Assembly: GCA_051294375.1 (NCBI GenBank)
Contig: CM119271.1
Location: forward strand, 9,377,308 to 9,441,307
Length of the DNA stretch: 64,000 bases
Source of the DNA: Paraspadella gotoi
Taxonomy: Eukaryota > Animalia > Chaetognatha
Reading direction: 5' to 3'
Under the pieces are notes generated by a model, which worked only from the letters and a program-made list of their open reading frames with translations, was not told the origin of the DNA and ran no database searches. Of this stretch, positions 13,402-24,193 are shown piece after piece (position 1 is the stretch's first letter; each line of letters starts with the position of its first letter). The translations under genes and the position numbers were made by a program.

Positions 13402-13773
13402 TCACAAGGATAACGACCGTGGCCGTAGACCGACGAGTTGATATAGGATCGCTTCGCCGTTTCTCCACGCAAAACGTAAGTCCTCTGCAGTTTCCCAAAG
13501 CCCTGAGCGCCAGCGGTAGGGAGATTCCTCACCAGCATCGCCACCATAACCCGTTACCATAATATCCCGATATTGTTAGAATCGTTTTGCTAAGAGAAAT
13601 AGTGCCGGCTCGAAAACCCCGCGGACGTTACGCTTCAACACATCATAAGCGTTGGTGTTATTTTAAGTCATTTTTTTACTTTTTAATGTCGAAATTAAAT
13701 CATTAATTTCATCCATCGTTTTTATAAACTCAACTTTATCTCCATCTTTCGCGCCAAATTTGATAAATAAAAC
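13402..13773 (-). pseudogene. Interrupted coding-like frame inside the insertion (124 codons, two internal TAA)
   Basis: VLFIKFGAKDGDKVEFIKTMDEINDLISTLKSKKMT*NNTNAYDVLKRNVRGVFEPALFLLAKRF*QYRDIMVTGYGGDAGEESPYRWRSGLWETAEDLRFAWRNGEAILYQLVGLRPRSLSL*. Protein-like composition; family not recognised. Confidence 0.35.
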
Positions 13774-14439
13774 TTACCAACCAGTTCCAACATCCTAACC
13801 GTCCTTGTGTGAAACTAAAAGTCAGCCAGTAAAAAGTTAATAGGAATCAACGAGAGGCAACAAACACAAACTTAAAGAATGATAAAATAAAAACTAACAA
13901 AAATTGGCAAATAAATGACTAAAATTGAGTAAATAAAATGAGAAACGTGAGGAAGAGTTAAAATTAATAGGAAACGCTTAAAAACAAGTTGGAGCAAAAC
14001 AAGTTCGGACTCCGCCAGATGCATGAGCCGATAAATTAATTAATTAATTAATATAAACTAAATACAAAATAATAATTTAATTAATAAATTGAATTAATTT
14101 GATCCGAAACTGTTTGTCTTTAGGTCTTTCGTCACTGACAACAACAAAAGTAACGACGACGATAAAGATAGACTTGATTAAATAACTAATTTATCAAATA
14201 AATTGATTGATTTGAATAAATTATTTTAATAGATAACTAAATAAAATAAATTTTTTTGGGAGGGAACACATTTTAGAAACAATTAAATAATGAAAATCGG
14301 ATAAAGAAAAGCTTTGAAATGACTTGACTATACGAAAATCCACTAATAAGTGCGTATTTTTATCACAAATTTTTGTTTAATTTTTTCCATTTCAGTTTAC
14401 AATAAATTTCTAAAAATTATGCTTAATAAACGTTACTAT

Positions 14440-14731
14440 GGAGGAACTAAAATCCACCAAACCGTTTCATGCAGCGGCCATTGGTGCCGGAGGCAAGTCA
14501 TTTCGCCCTCCCAACCCAAAAGGTCTGGGGTTTTAGCCGGTGGTCGCCTGGCAGTTGAGAGGGACGGGCGCTTAACCCGCCTGTAACCATGGTGTTACAG
14601 CCTGATCGAAGCTCAGGGACTCTTACATTGAAACGGTTTCTGTACTAACACATAATAATAATTACTGTCTCTTCGTTACCATGTTTTTCTCAGAACAATA
14701 AACATCTGCTTCAGATCAAGATCAAGATCAG
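14440..14731 (+). mobile_element. Possible 3' end of a non-LTR retroelement nested in the insertion
   Basis: GC-richer island with hairpins (CTGTAAC..GTTACAG; CCTGA..TCAGG), then AATAAA and a short (AGATCA)x3 tail. Confidence 0.35.
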
Positions 14732-15761
14732 GCACAGTCACATAGAATTCTTAACTTAAATTACTTTAAAATTTAAAATTTGAACATTCAAAGCAGAATC
14801 AGTCGGCATTTACTTATTTATTTCATCAAAAAAGGTAGCCAAAATAAAGTTGCAGTTGACAAAGTGGAATTTTTTGGGCAATTAAAAAAATCAGAAATAT
14901 AAACAGTTAAACCACTAATTAATCATTGACTTTGATTACAAAATTAACTTGAAAAATAACTTGGAAAATCGCGGATTGCAATGACGATCGCGCCGGCAGA
15001 CTGTCGTTTGGACCCTCGGCCTTTATCTTCATTGTAAGGTCCGGGAATCAGCACATTCGTTTCCGCCTAAAACTGTCAAAAAGAACTAAGAAAATTACTT
15101 TAACTAAAAACGCCAATTCTCACCAAATTATAAAAATTCCAATTTTCCAAACTACAAAGTGCATAAAAGAGCAAAAAAGCTAATCCTTATAAACGCAATA
15201 TACCTGTGAAAGTTGATAATAGAATCCAAAGGAACCCACTAACTACCAAACTATGGAATCCAAGCGTTGAGTCAGAGCTGAACTGAATAAAATTACTGTC
15301 TCAAATAACGTGATTTTCCAAGTTTTGGTAAGATAGTGGTTCTTTTGTAAGATTTCTAATTATCATTTCACAGTTGATATTCGCGTTTTTAAGATTCGCT
15401 TTTTAGTGCTTTTTATGCATGAGAATAAGGACAGACAGTCATTGAACTTATATGCGCAAGTAGTCTCAGACTACTTAGTAACTTCTAAGTTAGGAATGGC
15501 TGGTCATCCTCCAAAGTACGTGAAAATCCTCTTCTGGTGAAGCCTCCTTGTTTAGGACGAATCATCGAAAGGCTAAGGTTTTGTGATCTGAGTGGATCGC
15601 GATGAAAAAACAAGAGTTTTTCTCTCTCTTTATCTTTGAGTCTGTAAAAAGTAAAGATTATGAGTACCTCACATTTAATATTATAAGTATAAAATGTACA
15701 ATTTTTTATAGCATAGTATATAAGAACATTATCAGAAAATTATATTTCGGAAACAAAGAGA

Positions 15762-16002
15762 ACCCCGGGGCATGGTTTACTGGGATGTAGTAATACCATC
15801 GGGACTGTTAGTGGCTGCACTAATATGTTATGACTTAGAAGTTATTGGTTGAAAAACCACTTAAAAATACATTTAAAAAAAAAAATAACAAAATACATAC
15901 CAAATTATCCTATCCTAAACCCTCTTAACCCTAACCACCCCTACACCCTAAACCACCCTTAACCCTTACCCCCAAACGCCGAAAAAGTAAAAAGTACCCA
16001 CA
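15762..16002 (+). mobile_element. Short dispersed element with degenerate CCCTAA-like repeats (related copy 34445-34610)
   Basis: Both copies run CCGGGG..TTTACT, an A-tract, AACCACCCCTAC(A/T)CCTAAAC(C/A)ACCC.. and end AAAGTAAAA..ACCCAC. Confidence 0.5.
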
Positions 16003-17190
16003 AAAAATTAATTACTAGTGCTTCTGTAATTTTGGTCATGTTGAAGACCGCGTCTCATCAATCGATTCACGACAAGGAAAAGTATTCCACCCACGAACTC
16101 ATTGCCGAGCAAGAAAACGGACCAAATCATAACGCGCAGACGAAAAGCACAGACTCAAAAGATTTTGCAGTTCCTTGAAAATTGATAACGTTTTTAGCAT
16201 TCTACTTAACAAATATTTAGTGTACAATTTTATCATTGTATTAGTTAGAAAATACGCAAATCTTAGCTTTCGTTTGATTATGTAATAATGTATTGTTTAC
16301 TGCTTTATAACTATTTGTAAACTTAAATTGTATATGTAAGACAAACAAACGGATCGGAGGTTAAAACTTAAAGTGAAAATTACAAGTGCTTTCGATCAGT
16401 CGCAACGCGATATATATAAATCTGGACTTTTCCATGTCGCTCGTTATTATTATCTTGATAAGATAAACTTTAACGTTTAACGATAAGGAGCACTTTTTTT
16501 CTCGTCAATGGTAACATTTTAAATTTATCATCAAATAAATGCACGAGCGAGAACGAATGTAAAATTACAAAGTTTATATATAACACGATTTCGGACCTGA
16601 TCGGAAGCAAGTGACATTTTGGTCGAACGCTTCGATCCATTTGTTGTTTAGCATTGATAAATATTAAGTTTAAAATGTTAACATGCAATGCAATTCAAAC
16701 TAAGAATACATCGAACGAAATGTACACATTTTATAGATCTGAAAAAAAATGATCGTAATTGTACATTGGCGAAGGTGAATAATTAAATACATAAAACATG
16801 TAAAATTTCCAAAGGAATGCAATATCTTCCTAGTTTGTGTCCTAATTATTTACTCTTGCAATTTGTCCGTTTTCGTTCGGTTCGACAATGAGCGTTGAGA
16901 CGGACTTGTTTGTGCCCGTGTGTTGAATCCGAAACAGACGACACTTCACCTTTACATGACAAAATGCCACAACCCGAGTCCTTCAAAACCGACTATCCTT
17001 AATATTTTTAAATTTTACGGTTGCATAGATATACTATCACAATTGTACATAGAGAAAAATCATACTGTAGTAATTAGCACCCTAACAGATAAAGAAAACT
17101 AAGGCTTTATACTGGTTGAAGAATAGAGAGGGTGCATTAAATAATTATACATATATAACATTTTTGTACAAAATACATTTATAATTCTAC

Positions 17191-17329
17191 CTGTCATAAT
17201 TCCTTGGTGAGCAGCGCCATGTCATTAATAAATCAGTCATTGTCCGACAAGGGTCGCTTTCTCCAGTTCCTTTCTTCGACGACAAATGAACATAGTCATA
17301 CTCCTCGACGCGGCTTCGAGGCCAATGCG
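17191..17329 (-). pseudogene. Exon-like fragment inside the insertion (HWPRSRVEEYDYVHLSSKKGTGESDPCRTMTDLLMTWRCSPRNYD)
   Basis: Acceptor TTTCCTTTGTTTTGAG, donor AG|GTAGAA. Its phase-2 end fits an exon starting at 15641 (ACTTTTTACAG|A-LKDKEREKLLFFHRDPLRSQNLSLSMIRPKQGGFTRRGFS). Confidence 0.35.
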
Positions 17330-18997
17330 CTCAAAACAAAGGAAATACTTTATAATATACTTATAAAACTTACTATTTTACTTAATAATATTATTATTAA
17401 TTAAAATTAAAACTTATTTAAGCTTTAAATTTTTATTTCTTTTCTTATAATAAATCCTGTTCCGCTTCGACGCCATACTCCCTCGCCGTAGCTCGCGACC
17501 AGAACGCTCGTAACAAAGAAAGGTATAAAACATAAATTATATATATAAAAATAATAAAATAATATAAATAATAATAATAATTTATAATATAATATTAAAA
17601 AAGTTCAGCAGGAAAGATGTTGCATAATAAACGAGCAACAGAAATCCTCTTTCGCAAACCGCGGTTGCTCATCGCAAGGCCATGGCTTTCGGATTTTGAT
17701 TCGCGATAGAGTCAATTAGGCGTTTGGGTTCCAATATAAAATGTTAATCGAAGCAAAAGCCCTTTGTTTTCTTCGGATTTATTTTAACGTTTAGAAATTA
17801 GCCTCGCGCTCCACCTAAAAATGAAAGTAGAGACACTGTACTTTCTAACCATGTACTCAAAATGGACATTCTTCGTGGGCATGACGTTGGGAAATTGAGC
17901 TAAAAAAGGAGTTCATTTATTACCAAAACAAGCAATCAAGCTTGGAAATTTTTTACCTTTTTTTTTTTAGATCAATGGAGAGAGAAAACCAGGGGGTTTT
18001 CATATATAAAGTCAAAAGGAGTATGGTTCTTATTATTGAAGAACGAGCTGGTCTACGTGAGTAAGTTACGAGGGGTCCCAACCAGTCAACTTCAAATGCA
18101 TTATACAAATGAAAAATTAAAAATTCCGCTCGCGCTCCACCTCGATGGCCTTCCCAAGACCCTACACTTTCAGAATCTACCATATTATTCTATTTTATAA
18201 AGGCTTGACCGATGGGATTTTATATAGAATCGATTTCAAGCGAAAACTTGATCACCCGTCCGACCGAAACGACTGACATCCCACATCTATGGCTCTCGGC
18301 CCGTCTAGAGTTTCATTCGCCCCGTTCGGTTCCATCGCATTCCATCATGCGCCAATCCCGTTTAATTCCCGGTTCCATTCCGGCTCAATCCCACGTCATC
18401 TCAGTTCAATCCCCTATCGTTCCTAGCTTCGTCTCGGTTACGTTTCAGTTCAATCCATTTTTTTATTAAAATTAGATTTTAAACTATCCCATCATTTCAA
18501 TCCAGATCCATATCAGTTTCATCCCTGTTCATTCTCAGTTCTACTTCAACGTCGTATCAGTTTCATCCGGCTCAGTCTCAGTTCCATTCCGTTTCTGATA
18601 ACGGTTTAATCTCATTCATAATTTTGGCGCCATAATCAGTTGCTTCACTATTCCATATCAGTTCTATTCGTTTTTCATTTTGACGCCATAAAATTCCACC
18701 CAAGCTCCCTCTCATCTCCATTTCCATTCCGGTCTCAATTCCTGCGCCATCCCACTTCCATTACGACGCCATTCAGTTCCATCCCAGTTCTATTCCGGTT
18801 CCATTTCAATTCCATTCCAACGAATGATTCCCTTTCCTTTTTTCCCCAATTTTCGATGCTATCAAGAGAGAGAAAAAAATATCCTTTTTAACTCGATCGA
18901 CCCCGGCGGTGAGACCTCCTGAAAACCCTAGCGTCTCTTTTTTCTGTGTCTCTTGTCTCTGTCTCTGCTCTCTCTCTCTCTTCCGTTCTCTCTCTCT

Positions 18998-19049
<52 letters not shown>

Positions 19050-19742
19050 TTGCGCCAAACGAAGCGCCACATTTCGATTTCCTCTCCCCTTTTTTGGTGA
19101 AGTTCCTCTCGGAATCGCGCCGGCCATTTTCATGTACCACGGACCCGATTCAATTTGCTCAATAACTTGGACCCGTGGATCCAAAAAAAAGGGAAAAAAA
19201 AGAATAAAAGGAAAGAGTAATAAGGAATTCATGAAGTCGTCTTATCTTCTTTCTTTTCAAACTAATTTTGCAACCAACGTTTGCTCTTTTTTTTTTTGCA
19301 CCGGCGAATTGTTACTTTGTTGCACTTTTGGGTCGAGAGATTGGCCGCGGGGTCAGTTTCGGTAACAATATTCTCATTACAAGAGTTGTTACGAAAAAAA
19401 ACAAACAAAAGGCATAGACAGATGGTAAGATTCACAGCGACGAGTTACACATCCCGAGCTATTTTGGAAGCTATAAATCACAGAGCTTTTTTATATATTA
19501 GTAGTTCTCACATTCTTTTTTTTATTCTTCCGGACAATGGGTATTTTCTTTCTTTCTTTCGTTCTTTCTTTCTTTCTTCTTTCTTTCTTTCTTCTTTCTT
19601 TCCTTTCTTTCTTTCTTTCTTTTCTTTCTTTCCTTCTTTCTTATTTATTTTTTTCTTTCGATCTTTCTTTTTTCTTTCTTTCTGCTTGTCTTCTTCTTGG
19701 CTGGGTCCTTTTTTCCCTGCTTCCTCTCTTCTCTCTTCCTTC

Positions 19743-19782
<40 letters not shown>

Positions 19783-19783
19783 A

Positions 19784-19815
<32 letters not shown>

Positions 19816-19853
19816 GGATACGAAATCCCCCCGTAAAAAAACAGACAACCCAC

Positions 19854-19974
19854 CGAAAACAAGGGATGGGATGTTGATTGCCTTGTTTGCTTTCTCGGCC
19901 GGTTGCCAAGCGACTGGGACTTGTTTACGAAAACCAAAGCGATTACCGAAGGAATGGGGGTCAATGCGGATCAC
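19854..19974 (-). CDS. Gene 1 coding exon 3 (VIRIDPHSFGNRFGFRKQVPVAWQPAEKANKAINIPSLVF)
   Basis: Acceptor GTCCGCAG, donor G|GTGGGT, 121 nt, in frame with the preceding exon. It is a unique island between (CT)n tracts. Noisy copies lie at about 4302-4420 and 2697-2892. Confidence 0.6.
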
Positions 19975-20014
19975 CTGCGGACGCAATCGTCTCTCTCTCT
20001 TCTCTCTCTCCCTT

Positions 20015-20096
<82 letters not shown>

Positions 20097-21027
20097 TGCA
20101 CTTTTCCAAAATCCTTTATCTCAAGCGTTTTATTGACAGGAAAACTATTTTTGTAGCCATTTCATAGAATTTCCAAAGAACGTTCTTTTTTTGGATTATG
20201 GTGACATAGCAATAAAATGCATAATCTCGCTTTTAACGTAGCCTAAAATCCCGGATTTTATTGTCTTTCTTTTTTTTTTTAAGTCGGACCCACGAAGTTA
20301 ATAACAAGAGTCAAAACAATATCTGTTGCTCTTGCCATTTATAGCCGTCGATACTTTTAGCCGATCGGACCGCGCGCTCTTTTTTCCCAGTACTAAATTG
20401 ACCCGGAAAACGGAAAAAAAAAACAATAAACAAAATAAGAGAAGGAAATTGGTTATGAAAAAATTTATTTTAGCGGTTCAGTTTATGTGTCTCGTCAAAT
20501 CTTAATATCACAAGGGAGAACGGCGAGGATACAATTACAAATTCAAATCACTTTGTCAGTCATTAAGAAATAGTTTCCTCCGGTCTGTTTCTCTCTCTCT
20601 CTCTCTCTCTCTCTCCTCTCTCTCTCCCTTTCTCTCTCTCTCTCTCTCCTCTCTTCTCTCGTCTCTTCTCTCTCTCTCTGCAACAGTGGCGATGTTTTAT
20701 GTATTTGTAGCGAAGAAAGGAAACGAGTTTTTTTTCCCGACAGGAAAAAAGTCATTAAGAAATTTATGCCTCATATAAAAAATGTAGGATCGCCCTCATC
20801 GCTTCTTATTAAGAGATACTAAGCGCACTCTTCTCTCTCTGTCTCTCTCTCTCTCTCTCTCTGTGCTCTCTCTTTTTCTCTCTCTTTTAAGTTTCTGTCT
20901 TTCTCTGAGTCCGTTTTCCTATCTTCCTTTCTCTTACCTCTCTCTCCTCACTCTCTCTCTCTCTTCTGTCCCTCTCTCTCTCTCCTCTCTCTCTCTCCAT
21001 CTCCCAACTCCCCCCCATAGCACTCAC

Positions 21028-21179
21028 CTCTGGCCATGTTGCATAGAATTGACGGCGTGATTGAACTTCGCCGCCAGGGACGCCCTCGTCAACGCCGGAG
21101 ACGACGACATGTTGGGCGGTGGAGGCGGAAGCGAAGATGGTGGCGGTGGTGGCCGGGTGTTGCTTTGGGTGGGTGGCGC
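21028..21179 (-). CDS. Gene 1 coding exon 2 (GATHPKQHPATTATIFASASTAQHVVVSGVDEGVPGGEVQSRRQFYATWPE)
   Basis: Acceptor CCCCTTTCAACTTCCTCCAG, consensus donor GAG|GTGAGT, 152 nt, GC-rich. Phase 1 in and phase 0 out match both neighbours. Confidence 0.72.
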
Positions 21180-22289
21180 CTGGAGGAAGTTGAAAGGGGG
21201 TTTGGGATGTGGAAGGGGATGAAGACTAGATTTTAAAAAAATACCTTTCACTCTCGCTTCAATTTCAAATAAACATTAATTTTTTTACTCCCTTTTTCCT
21301 GAGCGTCCAATTTCTGTTCTTTTATACTAGAATTTAATTTTAATATATATATTTAACCTAAATAAGTTTTTAAACTTTTGACCCAATTCTTAACCCTAAA
21401 CCAGAACCCTAATACCTAACCTTGAATATTAACTTAATTCTTAACCTTATTCCCCAACCTAATCTCTAACCTTTACCTCTTACCTAATTTGTAACTTAAA
21501 AAATTAACCTTATTCCGAATTTCAGATGAAATGGGGCTTTTTCAGACCATAAAGCCAATTTTTTTTCACCAAAATCGAATGTAGGAAGAAAACCTTTCAC
21601 CCTTATCTCTGAATTGGTTTTAAAACATTTAGAAAATCTTGTTTTAAAATGTATTTCAATCCAATTCTGACAGGGAATGAAAATATTTTAAGATTTCTTT
21701 TTTTTGGGGGGGTAACGATTTTCGATTTTATTCAAGGATAAGAAAAATACATTTATAATTCTTTCAACGCGAAAAAAATATGGAAAAGTGCTTCTTTCTC
21801 CTTCAAAGACCAAGAAGTCTCCATTGCAACCAGAAAAAAATAATTCTTGCCAACTTGAATTTTTTTTTTAAGTTTTTTTTTTCAGGTTTGAATGTTTGAA
21901 TGTTTTATTGGCCGACGGTGCACAAGGTACACAAAGATATCCCGTCTTTGAAAGGCCAACGGTTTGTGTTAATGTTAATCCTTTAATAAATTTAAACTTG
22001 AGTTCTTTTTCAAAGTCTGCGAACTCAGTAAAAAATTGGATATTATAAAAAAAAGAGTTCCATAACTACATAGGTATCGCTACGATTTCTTTTATCTACG
22101 ATCCTGATCACTGATCACTGACACGATTAATCTTCCGACATCGAGAGAAGTCAAAAACACGAGAGCGAATCCCCGGTAATCGTTGAGTGGTTTCCAGATA
22201 TAATAATTAATATAGTACTCGATAAGTTAATTTTTTTTCTTATTCTTAAAAAAAAAAAAAAAAAAAAAATCGAAGACGAGTTTCCAAAC

Positions 22290-22401
22290 CTGTTGCTGCG
22301 GCGGCGCCCTTTTGCTGTTGCGCCGGCTGCTGATTCGGCTGTTGATGCTGCTGTAGTTCGTAGAGCGAGAGTTGGCGAAATTTTAAGTCGCAGGCGGACA
22401 T
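22290..22401 (-). CDS. Gene 1 first coding exon (MSACDLKFRQLSLYELQQHQQPNQQPAQQQKGAAAAT); product unknown
   Basis: GCC-ATG start context, Gln/Ala-rich frame, donor CAG|GTTTGG. An upstream acceptor TTTCCTTCCAG at 23111-23121 suggests about 710 nt of 5' UTR in the same exon. Confidence 0.6.
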
Positions 22402-23303
22402 GGCCGAGACGGAGTCTTTTGTTTTCCTGTTCTTTCTTTTTCTTTTATCGCTCGTGGCGGAGCCTAGCGTCGTTCGGCTTAAATCTCTCCTTGTTCTTTT
22501 ATTACTCTGTCGTAGTCTACGCGTTACGACTGGAGTTGTGCTTTTGTTTGTTTTGTTTTTTTCGGAAGAGAGAAAGCAGAGGCTCTCGCGGATCGAGGTT
22601 AAAACTTTTATATTTGCAGACGATGTCACGATTAAATCCAGATGCAGATGTTATTTTCGTAAGAATAACCTTTATTTCTTCTTTTGTTCGAACGATTTCC
22701 GATTTTGACTATCGGGTCCTTTCGTTGTTTTGTTTTTTTAAAGCGAAGGTCCAGAGGGCGCGATTTTAAAAACAAAAGGACGCTTGCGACGATTTTCGAC
22801 AAAAGATGAGGACGAAGTTGAACTCGGGGTCGTTAGAGACGTTGTTGTTGTTGTTATTATTATCGATGTGACAAAAATTTTCACCTTACGGAGCGTAGTT
22901 ATGTAACAGAACGGTCAGATATTTGTTGCGGCGTTTCCAAATTATTCTGGATTCTGTGGAATTAAACTCCGACAAGTTTTCTATTTGTTCCGATGGACGC
23001 GCGAAAATTTGAGGGCAAAAAATATGGACAGACGACGGTGGGAGAATTATCTTTTTTTATTTCACTGTTTTCTATTTCCGGAACGCGGACGGCCTACGTC
23101 TCTTCATCGTCTGGAAGGAAATCATAAAATGACGATTAATAGATAAAATCGATTTCTTAAACAATAAACATTGGTCTTCTTTTTTTTTATTCAGACTGAG
23201 AGGCTATGAAAAGAAGAAGAAAAAAAAAGGGAAAATATTGAAGATGAGATATTTGCGTAATACATAGGAAATAATCGAGTACAATGAAATGACCTCGGGG
23301 TAT

Positions 23304-23407
<104 letters not shown>

Positions 23408-23914
23408 GGAAACATACAGCTAGACGGTCAGACAGACAGGCAGAAAGATACACAGGCGGACAAACGCACAGGCGCAGACAGTAAAGATTATTCCCGGAAG
23501 AAACGTATAAGCCCCAGATGTGAAAAAAGTAAGTAAAAAAATATATTTATCGAGTTAAAAAAAAAAACAAATTACTGCAAATCTTTCGCTCGGCCTTTTT
23601 TTTTCTTTTCTAATTCCAGTGGGAATATCTCTAGTCGCTTGGAGGCAACGGAAGCAATGCAATGGAGGCAGATGTATGAGGAAAGTCAATTAAAAAAGAA
23701 TATATATATTTATGGTGAAGAGAGAGAAAAGGAAAGAGGGAAAAAGAGGAGAAAAAATAGTTGGGTGGGGGGGGGGGAAATAAAAGGAGCAAAAATAATA
23801 AAAAATGGATTCAATCAAAAAAAAATGGGAGCAAAAGAGAAGAGAGGAGAATAAAAAGGGAAAATATGAATAAAATATAAACAGGTCGAGAAAAGTAGAG
23901 TATAGAAAAGTAAA

Positions 23915-24021
23915 GTAAAGAAAAGAAAAGAAAAGAAAAGAAAAGAAAAGAAAAGAAAAGAAAAGAAAAGAAAAGAGAAAAAAAAAGAAAAAAAAGAAAA
24001 GAAAAGAAAAGAAAAGAAAAC
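23915..24021. repeat. (AAAAG)n microsatellite (another at about 50980-51035)
   Basis: Directly visible. Confidence 0.95.
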
Positions 24022-24132
24022 GAGTTTTTCCCGATGAAACTCAAACACGTTTTTTTCGTCTTCTTTTTCCTTTCTGCCCCAAAAAGCACCAACTCAGCGC
24101 TTCGTCGGGGAAGGACGGACAAAACGGATCTT

Positions 24133-24193
24133 TTGTTTACGTTTTATATATTTTGTTTACATTGTGTTTACATCCGCCGTTGCGTTTGTTTAC
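24133..24193. promoter_or_regulatory. Cluster of four forkhead-type TGTTTAC sites
   Basis: TGTTTAC at 24134, 24154, 24165 and 24187; three are the full TTGTTTAC. Confidence 0.4.

Larger units (their letters stand above)
12996..18284. mobile_element. 5.3-kb non-autonomous DNA transposon, hAT-like
   Basis: Absent from the duplicate copy (empty site TTT-ACTCTATC-GGCTC at 1061-1076). Left end TGGGGCTGCAATCGTTTCG; right end reverse complement GTGGGATGTCAGTCGTTTCG. Flanks ATCCTATC and ATCTAT match the empty-site 8-mer with small errors. No transposase ORF seen. Confidence 0.78.

Noticed and set aside
14600-14636. Possible hammerhead ribozyme (CTGATCGA..GAAAC)
   Set aside because: The core deviates from CUGANGA, and I could not form stems I-III around it.
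19090-19180. VIEQIESGPWYMKMAGAIPRG as another gene 1 exon
   Set aside because: No AG directly after the pyrimidine tract in any copy, and no clear donor.
22290-23110. Possible TAA/TAG-to-Gln genetic code: one minus-strand frame of about 270 codons has only TAA/TAG stops, and cargo frames are also broken by TAA/TAG
   Set aside because: I count only about five TGA trinucleotides on that strand, so a TGA-free frame is unremarkable. The Gln-rich coding part uses only CAA/CAG. A 5' UTR and pseudogene decay explain it.
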